Shown here: positions 1 to 9,179 of the stretch, in pieces
Position numbering within the stretch: position 1 is the stretch's first letter
How the letters are laid out: the number at the start of each line of letters is the position of its first letter
Origin: Bacteroidota bacterium
Lineage (GTDB): Bacteria > Bacteroidota > Bacteroidia > J057
DNA length: 24,307 bases
Direction: 5' to 3'
Assembly (NCBI GenBank): GCA_039197765.1
Contig: JBCCTX010000076.1
Span: forward strand, 1 to 24,307
Translations under genes and position numbers: made by a program
Notes under the pieces: generated by a model
What the model was told of the DNA's origin: nothing
The model's input: only the letters and a program-made list of their open reading frames with translations
Database searches by the model: none

Positions 1-88
1 AACCATTCACAAAAAAGTAAACGGAAAAGACACCCTTACCACCATTTCCGTTGATCCGACTACCTACATTAGCAGGTTTAGCCGGAGG

Positions 89-3000
89 TTGAACATTGGA
101 CTAGCATTGGGAAGCATACTTCAAGAATCCAATAATATTACGCTTCCTGATTATTTACTTACAGTATTGGAGAATTCATATCTTTTGAGAAGCGAATTCT
201 TTCCAGATCGTTCCCAGGTTAATTCCTCTGAATTATGGTTTTTTCCGGGAAGAAATTTCATGAACGCCCCTACCTATTTTTTAGCACCTGGACAGGATAC
301 CCTATTTTCCTCTTCACAAGTGTCTGGACAACGAATCAAATTGAAGGCTGAGCAAAATTTCTTCCTAGGATTGGGGGGGACCAAAGCGACCCGAATTTAT
401 AAACAATACCGCGATGGATCCAAGCTCCAACTACGCTTTGAGTTTCCCCAACGCAGAAGGTTAAGGTCAAATGGTCCTCAAGATAGTTCACAGGAGTTGT
501 TTATTTCTTCCTCGACCATAGAAATCTTGCAGAATGACTACGATGCAGGGTATCACTTCCCATTTTTTGAGCGGGATGGACACTTTCTGCATTTCAATGG
601 CCTCTCAAAATACTATTTGGGAGATGCCAGAGATTCTATGGCCTTCTCTATTCTCGACCAATTTAAAAGCACCATTGAACCCTCCATTAAAATTTACAAG
701 GCAGGAGAGATCATACGACTAAGTGCAACAAATTATCGTCAGATCGAGTATGTGAATTCCCTGGGCCAGAAAGCCAGTGCCATAGATGTTAAAGATAGCT
801 TGGGATTTAAGATTATGCGTACGCCTATGGGAGTGCAAGAGACGATCAGCAGAAAGGAATTGAGCACTACAGATAGTACCTCTGCAAGGATCTACCTTAA
901 AAAACACCATTGGTTGTTTTCTTTCCACGATTTATCCGAGACCAACCCCTTGAAGGTATCTTACATTTATGGCTTAATTCTGCTTTGTACCTTATTGAGT
1001 TTTATCGTACTCTTTACCAAGCAGTTGGAAGATATATCCAAAACTGAGGTGATCATCTATGCCTTACTTGTAGGATTTCTAACGCTTCGAATGGTGTTAT
1101 TGTGGCGAACAGCGACCTTCGTTCCCATAGAGGATATCGATAGCAAAGTTTTCCATAAGTTGCGCTCACCGGATTACTTCCAACATACGTTTCAAATCGT
1201 CTGCTGTTTTTATGCTTGTATCGTAGGTGCTTACCTGCTATTTCATAAGTGGGGAACCAATCCCTTAGCCAGCAGATTGAGAGTTGTCCAACTCATCCAT
1301 GAAAAGGAGGATTTCCAAACGGGTAGCCCTTTTGTGCATTGGATGGAAACATATGGCAGGTGGATTGTAGCCTTTTTGCTGAGTTGGGGACTCATTTTTG
1401 TCAGTATGTATTTCTTAGGCGATCTCGCTGAAAGATTTGTCAATATCGCTTTCCCTATCATGGGATTTTTCCTATTGGCCCTTCCCCTGTTTATTGCGTG
1501 GTCAAGTCGGGATTCTGATCAGGACCTATCTCCTTTTGAGGATAGTTTAATTTGGTTATTTGTCCTCAATTGGGCCTCCTGCTGGGTTTGGCTAGTGGTC
1601 CGGGACGCAGGGTTTTCCATTGTATTTTTGCTTTTTAGCCTGTTCAGCTTAGCCTTCTATCTAGGGATTCGGGCAGCTCGAGATGAGGATAATTCAGCTA
1701 CCCTCCGTCTACTTGCCATCGGAATCTTCTCAGGGGTAGCCCTGGGTATATTTTTTTCAACCCATTTATTAGAACATGCAATTGAATACGCTCCTGAAGC
1801 TTTCTATCTCCTCAGTGGGGGGAGCCTAGTGGGCTTAGGGTTCCTGGGAAGACAGATGTTGCGCTATCGAGAGAAGTATCCCCTTTCGGTCAAATTATTT
1901 GGAGGATTAACCTTGGCTCTTTCTCTCTGTTTAGCTGTCTTCGTAGTAGGAGTTGCCCTAGAGAAATTCGAAAATCCAGGGATTGGCGTAAAGCAGAACT
2001 ATACCTACTTGCAGTATCGGGCAGGCATCCACAACAAAAGCTTGGAGAAGATTTCGAAAGAGATAGACTTTGAGAGTAGAAAGAGCATTAAACTCCTTGA
2101 GGCCTCTCAAAACCAATGGTTTATAGACCAAATGTTGCAAAGGGATTCAGATAAGTATTTTTCCCTGCGTCGCCATTTCAACAAAGGAGCCTCCTTTATT
2201 TCCCAGACGACAGATTTGGTTGTATTGCGGTATATCATTGCAGAACATTCCCAGGAGGTAGTCCTAGGCTTGGTTTTATTATTTGGCGTGCTCTTTACTT
2301 GTATTGTATTCGAAACCAAACTGTTTGAACATGCCAATATGGGGCTTGCAGGAGTTGCGCTTCTTCTTACGATTCAGGGCTTTTTTATCTGGATGACTGT
2401 AACCAATAGATTCGCCTTCTTCGGACAAGACTTTCCCCTGTTGAGTATGCAGAGTCGAATGACCTTATTTTTCACGTTTGGCCTTTTCTTATTGATCATC
2501 TTGTTCATCCGTGAGAAGCCTGCTCAGCCCTCGGCCTCGAGTGGGGAAAGCCGTGCAGCGATAGTATCTAAAAATCAGGTTCTCACCTTTTTGTTTCTAT
2601 CCTTAATACCCGTTTTTTTCAAAGGAGGAAAGCGTTCTGGCGGTGAATCCAATCGCTTTTCCCGCTTTACCTTAGGGAAAACCTTAGAAAGTACACAAGC
2701 CAAGTTTAACCAGCTCAATGCTGAGTTTCGCACCTTTCAACGAACGACCAAAGAACGAGATCCTAAAGCGTTGGTTTTGGCCTTCGATAAGTGGGCAAAT
2801 GGGAAAGGGTTTAATTCCTATAAGGCAATAACGGATAGCTTGGGGGAAGACCAATTCACCTCTAGTGTATGGAAACATTTCCTCAGGCAGACGAGCGCAA
2901 AGAAACTCAATGATCCCAATCAAATTCTTCACCTTAAACGCCCCGAATCCCAGTACTACGAATTTGCCGTAAATAACAATTACTACCTACTAAAGACTCC

Positions 3001-5092
3001 AGAAGAGGTTGAAAATCAGTGGATGGGTTCCCTGCTTGGGGCTAAGACCCGCAGTTATTACAAATTCGTTTACAGAAACCAGACAGATCGTCCGACGGTG
3101 AAGATCTATCCAGATAAAATTATATCCAATATCTTTCAAAAAGCAGGCTTAGAGGAGAAAGATTCTGATTTGACCTATTTGAAGGAGGATATCAATAACA
3201 TCACAATATCCTCCTTACCCAAGGACTGGACCCTAAACGGGGATCCCTTGGTATTGATCAGCATAGAGTCAGGGGATGAAAACTCAAATAGAGGGAACTT
3301 TTCTATTGTAAACGACAGGTTGCGTATCAGTTCGAAGAATAATCCTGCAAGGGCATTTGCCTACCGATTGGAGCCTCGGGATTATATCAATTTGCTAGAC
3401 CATCAGGACGAAGCCATTCAGCTCAAGATGATCTCTACTGAAAAGCAATATTTGGCAAAAAACCTATGGTTAAATGGTAAACAAGAACTTTTTTATCCAT
3501 TAGGTAGGAAATCTATCTGGTCTTACAATTATGCAAACCTGTTGAAACAGACCATGGTCAAAGCCGAAAGTTTGGAGGATAAGGATGTAAATGTGTCGAT
3601 AGATTATTCCTTGAGTGAGAGCCTGTATGACCAGGTAGAGTCCCATATGCGCAAGTATGCTTCCTCAGATGCAGACTTCAGCATGGTGGCTATGGATCAC
3701 AAAGGGAGAATACGCACCCTGGTCGATTACAAGAAACCCCCTGCTTCGCAGTTTGATCCAAACAATACTAAAGAGTACTCTGAACTGTTCCAAAAATTCT
3801 ATCTGACGAGCGACCGATCATCCGAACGAAAAATATTTGGTAATCGCTGCCTCCAAAGACTGGATAATGGACCTGGATCTAGCATCAAGCCCATCATGTA
3901 CACTATTGTTACTGCTGGTTCAGGACTCAATTGGAGAAGCCTTGAGTATTTGGGGCCAGATAAAGAGGAACTCGATGCGAATCTGACCTGGAACGGGAAT
4001 GGATACCTAGTCGACCGATACGCAGGAAATAAGATGCAAGGGAGTTGGAATATCCGGAACAATGATATCCAAAGCTACAACAACCTTACCTATCTCTCCC
4101 GCTCAAGTAATATATACCACTCTCTTATCATGTTTCTGGGTTCTTACGAGAAAGAGCAACTCATTGGGCTGGGAAAATCAGGTGGGGGAAAAGAGGCGAT
4201 CTTGATTCCTGTAAGTGGTAAAGACGATAGAGACTTTCCGAAACTCAAGTTTAATGGCCGCTACTATATCCTCAATTCCGATACACATTATTGGCCAGGA
4301 ACCAGATCTGCAGGCCTGTTCAACAACCTTAACTCTGTACTAAGTAATGGATTGGCAGAAAATTTCAAGTTGGAAGTTCAAAAGCCGGTTGATCCCAACC
4401 GCTTGAAAAATCCTCGGTTCTCACCGGATATCTTACCCAGGGACCTACTGCTTTCTTCCCGGTCCTCCTACTTTATTTGGGCCTATCCAGAAATGTCGCA
4501 CTTTTATCAAATTGATAGGAGTGGGTCCAATTATGAAATTACGGGAATCCGGCAAAGCACAGTCGGGGGCTTCCCAATTGAAGTTACGCCCCTGAAAATG
4601 ACGGAGATGGGCCTGAAAATGGCTACCCTCAACAAGGAACTTTATGCTACCCTAGACACCTCAGGAATTAATACGTTTAGTCCCTTCTTCTATGATGAAA
4701 GTCCATCCAAGTGGAAAAGCCTCAAGGACTTTTACCGTTTTCATGCCCAGAATACCATGCAGGGAATGGAAGATGTCCTGTATACTTCGTCAGGGACGGG
4801 TTTCGAACTCGTTGGGAAAAAGCAGACAGAGCGGTATCACCTGTATGCAAAAACAGGTACGATCAAAGGGGAGAAATCATCCTTCAATGATAGACACCTT
4901 TTGTTCATTCTGAGTAAACGTCCTTTGACGGACCCCGAAAACTTCGGAGACTCCGAAGTCGACAATCCCATGTTCGTACTCTACATTTCCTATTTCAACA
5001 GCAGGTCTAAAAATGAAAAGCTCACTCGGAAATTAATAGAAATTGTAAAAAAATCGGATGTATTCCGCTTCACGATGGGAGATGGAAACTAA
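89..5092 (+). CDS. Giant polytopic membrane protein with a C-terminal class-B penicillin-binding-protein (transpeptidase/beta-lactamase-fold) domain. The 5' end may lie upstream of the window.
   Basis: Uninterrupted 1667-codon ORF. The frame is open from nt 2 to the first listed start (TTG at 89), so the true start may be outside the window. Layout: ~285-aa soluble N-terminal region; ~14 predicted TM helices between aa ~287 and ~860 (nt ~947-2670); ~370-aa soluble region; C-terminal domain with the three serine-transpeptidase motifs in canonical order. SxxK is at aa 1264-1267 (GPGSSIKP, nt 3878-3889; compare EPGSTVKP of FtsI). SxN is at aa 1339-1341 (RSSNIY, nt 4103-4111). KTG(T) is at aa 1588-1591 (AKTGTIKG, nt 4850-4861). 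Stop TAA at 5090-5092. Confidence 0.6.
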   Translation: MNIGLALGSILQESNNITLPDYLLTVLENSYLLRSEFFPDRSQVNSSELWFFPGRNFMNAPTYFLAPGQDTLFSSSQVSGQRIKLKAEQNFFLGLGGTKATRIYKQYRDGSKLQLRFEFPQRRRLRSNGPQDSSQELFISSSTIEILQNDYDAGYHFPFFERDGHFLHFNGLSKYYLGDARDSMAFSILDQFKSTIEPSIKIYKAGEIIRLSATNYRQIEYVNSLGQKASAIDVKDSLGFKIMRTPMGVQETISRKELSTTDSTSARIYLKKHHWLFSFHDLSETNPLKVSYIYGLILLCTLLSFIVLFTKQLEDISKTEVIIYALLVGFLTLRMVLLWRTATFVPIEDIDSKVFHKLRSPDYFQHTFQIVCCFYACIVGAYLLFHKWGTNPLASRLRVVQLIHEKEDFQTGSPFVHWMETYGRWIVAFLLSWGLIFVSMYFLGDLAERFVNIAFPIMGFFLLALPLFIAWSSRDSDQDLSPFEDSLIWLFVLNWASCWVWLVVRDAGFSIVFLLFSLFSLAFYLGIRAARDEDNSATLRLLAIGIFSGVALGIFFSTHLLEHAIEYAPEAFYLLSGGSLVGLGFLGRQMLRYREKYPLSVKLFGGLTLALSLCLAVFVVGVALEKFENPGIGVKQNYTYLQYRAGIHNKSLEKISKEIDFESRKSIKLLEASQNQWFIDQMLQRDSDKYFSLRRHFNKGASFISQTTDLVVLRYIIAEHSQEVVLGLVLLFGVLFTCIVFETKLFEHANMGLAGVALLLTIQGFFIWMTVTNRFAFFGQDFPLLSMQSRMTLFFTFGLFLLIILFIREKPAQPSASSGESRAAIVSKNQVLTFLFLSLIPVFFKGGKRSGGESNRFSRFTLGKTLESTQAKFNQLNAEFRTFQRTTKERDPKALVLAFDKWANGKGFNSYKAITDSLGEDQFTSSVWKHFLRQTSAKKLNDPNQILHLKRPESQYYEFAVNNNYYLLKTPEEVENQWMGSLLGAKTRSYYKFVYRNQTDRPTVKIYPDKIISNIFQKAGLEEKDSDLTYLKEDINNITISSLPKDWTLNGDPLVLISIESGDENSNRGNFSIVNDRLRISSKNNPARAFAYRLEPRDYINLLDHQDEAIQLKMISTEKQYLAKNLWLNGKQELFYPLGRKSIWSYNYANLLKQTMVKAESLEDKDVNVSIDYSLSESLYDQVESHMRKYASSDADFSMVAMDHKGRIRTLVDYKKPPASQFDPNNTKEYSELFQKFYLTSDRSSERKIFGNRCLQRLDNGPGSSIKPIMYTIVTAGSGLNWRSLEYLGPDKEELDANLTWNGNGYLVDRYAGNKMQGSWNIRNNDIQSYNNLTYLSRSSNIYHSLIMFLGSYEKEQLIGLGKSGGGKEAILIPVSGKDDRDFPKLKFNGRYYILNSDTHYWPGTRSAGLFNNLNSVLSNGLAENFKLEVQKPVDPNRLKNPRFSPDILPRDLLLSSRSSYFIWAYPEMSHFYQIDRSGSNYEITGIRQSTVGGFPIEVTPLKMTEMGLKMATLNKELYATLDTSGINTFSPFFYDESPSKWKSLKDFYRFHAQNTMQGMEDVLYTSSGTGFELVGKKQTERYHLYAKTGTIKGEKSSFNDRHLLFILSKRPLTDPENFGDSEVDNPMFVLYISYFNSRSKNEKLTRKLIEIVKKSDVFRFTMGDGN

Positions 5093-5103
5093 CTCTATAA
5101 TCA

Positions 5104-5643
5104 ATGAATATATTAAACGAAATTATTTCGGAGAAATTCCTGTATGCCCTCGGCTTTGGCGTTGCGATCCTACTCATCGGAATCTTTTCCAATCGTTCCG
5201 CAACATTCAATTCTCGGCATGATTTGGCAATACGAAGCGACTCTCTCCACTATCAACTCAATCCCAGGCAGTACGGTGAGATCAGGTATGAGAAATTCCT
5301 GGAGATGATCTATGGCATACAAGCGAAAAACCAGGCAATTGAAGTGGATACCAGTGCACATTTAGGGCATATCAGGATCTACTTTAAAGGAAGTGGGAAT
5401 TATTCTAAATCCTCCTTCAATCGATTCGTCTTCAACAAAATGTCTTCAGACGATTACCCAGATGTCGGGGACTTTGGTCCGTTTTTGAAAGATTCGCTAG
5501 ATATAACCTTGGGATATGAACCAGGAGTATATGGGTTAGAGCTGGAGATTAAGAAAGCACAAGGAGAAAGGTATTTACAAATCCCCTATCAAATGTTGAT
5601 TAGGTTTTTGACGCAACAAAATCAAGTCCTGGTAAAAAAATAA
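5104..5643 (+). CDS. Hypothetical small membrane-anchored protein (one N-terminal TM helix).
   Basis: 179-aa ORF starting 11 nt after the giant gene; A-rich upstream region and no SD, typical of Bacteroidota. N-terminal hydrophobic helix (FLYALGFGVAILLIGIF). No recognisable motifs. Confidence 0.55.
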   Translation: MNILNEIISEKFLYALGFGVAILLIGIFSNRSATFNSRHDLAIRSDSLHYQLNPRQYGEIRYEKFLEMIYGIQAKNQAIEVDTSAHLGHIRIYFKGSGNYSKSSFNRFVFNKMSSDDYPDVGDFGPFLKDSLDITLGYEPGVYGLELEIKKAQGERYLQIPYQMLIRFLTQQNQVLVKK

Positions 5644-5647
5644 TCCC

Positions 5648-6445
5648 ATGAAAGTAGCAAATTCTATTCAACAGGTACATGCGCTTCTGGAACAAAATGA
5701 GGTTGAGTTAGGCTTGCGGAAATTGAAACAAATTTCCCCAGAAAAGGAAGAGGAAATCGACCTGGCGGTAAAGGCATACAAAAAGGGAGGACAAAAGGCT
5801 TACCAACTGAAAAAGTATCTCCATGCAGTAGATTACTTCGAAGGAGTAAGAAAACACAGCCAATCCGAAGCCGAAAGAATTGCAGCAGAAAAAAGGATTT
5901 ATTTCTTCCTCTTCCTGCATTATTACACTAAAGGAAACTCCTTGTGGAAGTTAGGAGAGAGAGCCCCAGCTCAAAAGTACTATGAAAATGCCCAACAAGC
6001 CTATGAAAAGTATCCGGAAATGGAGGCAGAGGGAAGTGTAGCAGAGGATAAAGCAAAGGCTTACATGGAGACCTGTTTAGAAAAGATAAAAAACTATTTG
6101 CCATCGAAAGAGGGTACTTCGCCCATACCTGAACTAGCTATTCAAGTTTTTCCTGAGAAAAAAGAAGAAGTAGCCCTGGAAATAGCGCAGAAGAAATCGG
6201 AAGAGAGGCTTCCAATAGAAGCTTCCAACCCAGAGCTAGTGATAGCTGACCGAGTTCGGTTCAAGCTAGAAGTAATAGCAGGCATTGAGTCCTATAAGCT
6301 GCAAAAATTCGATTCGGCACTCCAACACTTTCGTATTGCCTGGAGTATATGTCCGCTAGATAGCCTGAGTCAATTACTCGCAAAGTGTAAGTTAGCCAAC
6401 GAACTCGTAGAGGATTTGGAAAATCTAGAGGCCTCGGAAAACTAG
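5648..6445 (+). CDS. Hypothetical soluble alpha-helical protein.
   Basis: 265-aa ORF starting 4 nt after the previous stop, which suggests translational coupling or an operon. Charged, helix-rich composition; no recognisable catalytic motif. Confidence 0.55.
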   Translation: MKVANSIQQVHALLEQNEVELGLRKLKQISPEKEEEIDLAVKAYKKGGQKAYQLKKYLHAVDYFEGVRKHSQSEAERIAAEKRIYFFLFLHYYTKGNSLWKLGERAPAQKYYENAQQAYEKYPEMEAEGSVAEDKAKAYMETCLEKIKNYLPSKEGTSPIPELAIQVFPEKKEEVALEIAQKKSEERLPIEASNPELVIADRVRFKLEVIAGIESYKLQKFDSALQHFRIAWSICPLDSLSQLLAKCKLANELVEDLENLEASEN

Positions 6446-6537
6446 AATCTCCGAGAACTATCTATTTGCCATATGCTTATTGCGATACATTCTATAAAGA
6501 CAGTTAATCCAGTTGAAACCTACAAACCAATCAAGTC

Positions 6538-7941
6538 ATGAAATGGCAATCTTTTCTATGGTACCTCGCAACTTCTGACACCCAGATTTTAAATCAGGTG
6601 GAAGACAGGACTGAACGCATTTGGCATTCTATTATCGGAACCTTTGTCCTGATTACAGGGACTTTTGCATTTATTACAGGCAGCTTTACCATGAGCTTGA
6701 TCTTAGGAGAAGGAGGTGCTTCATCCAATCTGCCACCATGGTTTGTCCCCCTTGTCTTTGGATTGATATGGGGGGTACTCATCATTACCATTGACCGCCT
6801 CCTAATTGCTTCCATCGCTACTGAAAGGAGGAATAAATACCTTGCCGCTTTCAACAAAGTGCGCAAAGAAGATACAGCGCCTACTCCCGAGGGGGAGAAG
6901 AATGCTGAGGTAAAAAATAGGGATTGGGCTAAAACTTGGATATTTGTGTGTATTCGATTGGGAATAGCCCTATTAATTTCGCTGCTTATTACCAAGCCTT
7001 TTGAGTTGTGGCTTTATCAGGATCAGATTGCCCTCGAAGCGATGAAGCAAACCCAACAGGAGCGTATGGAGTTTAAAGATAAACTGGTCGAAGACTCTAG
7101 TTTAGATTTTATCAAAGAGAATATCGATAGGGATTCTGCTGAAGTAAAGGGGCTATTTGCAGAAATAAAAAAGGCAGAATGGGTGGAGGAATACCGGGAG
7201 CTACGCAACCAAAAGCGCAGGACTATTCGAGCGAATAGTAGAGAAATACGGAAGATAGAATCCTTCGCTTATCCCCAATATTATAGGGTGGATACGAGCA
7301 AGAGACCCAGTCCTGATACCCTTTTCATCAATGCAAAAGGTGAGCAAGCGATAAAGAATTACAAAAGAAAAAACTATCAGGCTCAGAAGGATACAAGTGA
7401 AGCGAGAAAGCGTCTCTTGAACAAGGGCGTATCCAATAGCGAAATTGTTCGTATGAAAGTGGGTCCGTTGATCACCCAAGTAGAATCGCTAAAAGATTCT
7501 ATCGGTAAGCAACAGGAAGAGCGGGAGAATGAGATTGCTCAAATAGAGGCAGACTCCGATTCAAGCCAAATAATCATCCAACGTTCTATGGACGATTTAT
7601 TCGGAAAATTAGAAGCCTTGCATGCATATGTTTATGATGAAAATAACCCTGATCGAAAGTATATGAGTTGGCTTATCCTATTCATATTTTTGACCATAGA
7701 AACGCTTCCGATTGTATCCAAGATGGCTTCCTCTTCAGGGGAATATGAACGAAGACTGATATCTAGGCACCAGCTATCGATCAATCAACTCGAAAAACTG
7801 GAGTCAAAGGCTATGAGGATGGAGGAGCGCAATACCCGTAAGCGGGAAAGTATCCAAGCTCAGCTTCAGGAATTAACCCAGCTAGAACTTTCTGTGGACA
7901 CCTTTCTGTCGCAATATGACCAGGCCGTGAATGAATCCTAG
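6538..7941 (+). CDS. DUF4407-like membrane protein with a long coiled-coil region.
   Basis: 467-aa ORF. The N-terminus (FLWYLATSDTQILNQVE...IIGTFVLITGTFAFITGSF...LVFGLIWGVLIITIDRLLIAS) matches my memory of the DUF4407 N-terminal signature (W-x-L-A-x-x-D-x-x-x-L, two TM helices, then an [I/F]-x-[I/N]-D-R motif). It is followed by a ~200-aa highly charged, heptad-like region and another hydrophobic segment (YMSWLILFIFLTIETLPIV). Family assignment is from memory only. Confidence 0.55.
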   Translation: MKWQSFLWYLATSDTQILNQVEDRTERIWHSIIGTFVLITGTFAFITGSFTMSLILGEGGASSNLPPWFVPLVFGLIWGVLIITIDRLLIASIATERRNKYLAAFNKVRKEDTAPTPEGEKNAEVKNRDWAKTWIFVCIRLGIALLISLLITKPFELWLYQDQIALEAMKQTQQERMEFKDKLVEDSSLDFIKENIDRDSAEVKGLFAEIKKAEWVEEYRELRNQKRRTIRANSREIRKIESFAYPQYYRVDTSKRPSPDTLFINAKGEQAIKNYKRKNYQAQKDTSEARKRLLNKGVSNSEIVRMKVGPLITQVESLKDSIGKQQEERENEIAQIEADSDSSQIIIQRSMDDLFGKLEALHAYVYDENNPDRKYMSWLILFIFLTIETLPIVSKMASSSGEYERRLISRHQLSINQLEKLESKAMRMEERNTRKRESIQAQLQELTQLELSVDTFLSQYDQAVNES

Positions 7942-7959
7942 AAAGCGATACATATTAGG

Positions 7960-9153
7960 TTAATTTTTCGTCAGGCTAGGATCTATGGCTTTTTCATAAA
8001 GCCCTAGGCAGATCTTCATTCGTAAAATACGTTTAACAGATGCCTCATGGAGGGACATCATATCAGGAGAGTTGAGCAGTTCCTCCCTTATTTGATGGAT
8101 TAATTCAACACTAAGCTGGGGAGCTAATAGCAAGTCGTTGCCAGCTTTTAAGGCCAATAGCACAGCATTGGGAATTTCGGACACCCCCTTCATATCCATG
8201 GCATCCGTTAAAATGAGTCCTTCAAATCCCATCTTCTTGCGCAGGAGCTGTTGGATAATATTTTCAGATAAGGTAGCCGGTAATCCCTGGGTATCGTATT
8301 CACTATTCCCACGCACGCCAATATGTCCTACTAAAATGGATAATACACCTACATCTATGGCTGCTTCAAATGCAGGAAGTTCTGTGAGTTCCCCCTCTAT
8401 GAATACGGTTTCCAGGTGGCTATCTCCTTGAACCTTCCCATGTCCAGGAAAATGTTTGGCTGTTGCTACCATGCCCATCCCTTGGGTTTCTCGTATAAAC
8501 GTTTGAATGCGAGGTTTTGCTGCTGTGATTTCGTATCCAAAGGATCGCTTGGCAACCAAGCTACTGGGGGATGCAATATCGCAAACTGGAGCCAGATTTA
8601 AATGGAATCCAAGTTTGGCCAAATACCCGGTCATATCGATGGCCATTTCCTTGACATCGAAGTCAGATTCCAACTGATCTGCATAGGTGTGTAATTGGGA
8701 AGGACTCGCAGGTAGGCGAGCGTGTAAAATGCCAGGCTCTCCATCAATCATAAAAAGCAGCGGGACACCCAAGGATTGCAAATTGTACTGCCTAAATTGG
8801 GATAGGTCCGTAGCAATTTGAGACTGCTTCTCCAGAACGAGAATCCCAGCTATTTGATGTTGGGCTATTCTATGGAATAGGAGTTCGCGCTCTTGCTCGT
8901 ATTTACCCGTGTAAGCAGTAATAATTCGTTGCCCAATGCTTGCTTCCAGGCTAAGGTGTTCATACAGGGAGTCTGTCGCCTGATCTAACAAAGGATTTGA
9001 GTTGAAGAAATCCTTCAGGGTGAAAAGAGAAAGCGCATCTGTAGGCGTTAGAGAAACCGTTTCAGTTGGGGTATTTTTCGACTTTTTTGTGGGAGTCTCA
9101 CACCCAAAAAGAAATAGACCTAGTATGGTGAAGAAGGCAAGGTGATTATTCAT
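7960..9153 (-). CDS. nagZ: Glycoside hydrolase family 3 N-terminal-domain protein, NagZ-like beta-N-acetylhexosaminidase, lipoprotein.
   Basis: 397-aa single-domain GH3. KHFPGHGKVQGDSHLE matches the NagZ catalytic-region signature KHFPGHG...DSH. LGFHLNLAPVCDIAS matches GFN(L/F)N(F/L)APV(L/C)D. N-terminal lipoprotein signal (FFTILGLFLFGCETP). Convergent with, and 18 nt from, the upstream plus-strand gene. Confidence 0.8.
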   Translation of the reverse strand: MNNHLAFFTILGLFLFGCETPTKKSKNTPTETVSLTPTDALSLFTLKDFFNSNPLLDQATDSLYEHLSLEASIGQRIITAYTGKYEQERELLFHRIAQHQIAGILVLEKQSQIATDLSQFRQYNLQSLGVPLLFMIDGEPGILHARLPASPSQLHTYADQLESDFDVKEMAIDMTGYLAKLGFHLNLAPVCDIASPSSLVAKRSFGYEITAAKPRIQTFIRETQGMGMVATAKHFPGHGKVQGDSHLETVFIEGELTELPAFEAAIDVGVLSILVGHIGVRGNSEYDTQGLPATLSENIIQQLLRKKMGFEGLILTDAMDMKGVSEIPNAVLLALKAGNDLLLAPQLSVELIHQIREELLNSPDMMSLHEASVKRILRMKICLGLYEKAIDPSLTKN

Positions 9154-9179
9154 GTTTCAGGGCTTAGGGGAGAGTAGTC

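Noticed and set aside
89-91. TTG at 89 as the genuine start of the giant gene.
   Set aside because: The reading frame is open all the way to nt 2 and the upstream translation (…KVNGKDTLTTISVDPTTYISRF…) looks protein-like. The real start is probably upstream of the window, so 89 is only the first in-window start codon.
947-2670. SEDS (RodA/FtsW) identity of the membrane module of the giant protein.
   Set aside because: Only weak motif echoes are present (GRWI, SGGS). The hallmark PExHTDF is absent and there are ~14 TM segments where a SEDS fold has 10. This is kept as a hypothesis in the findings, not a feature call.
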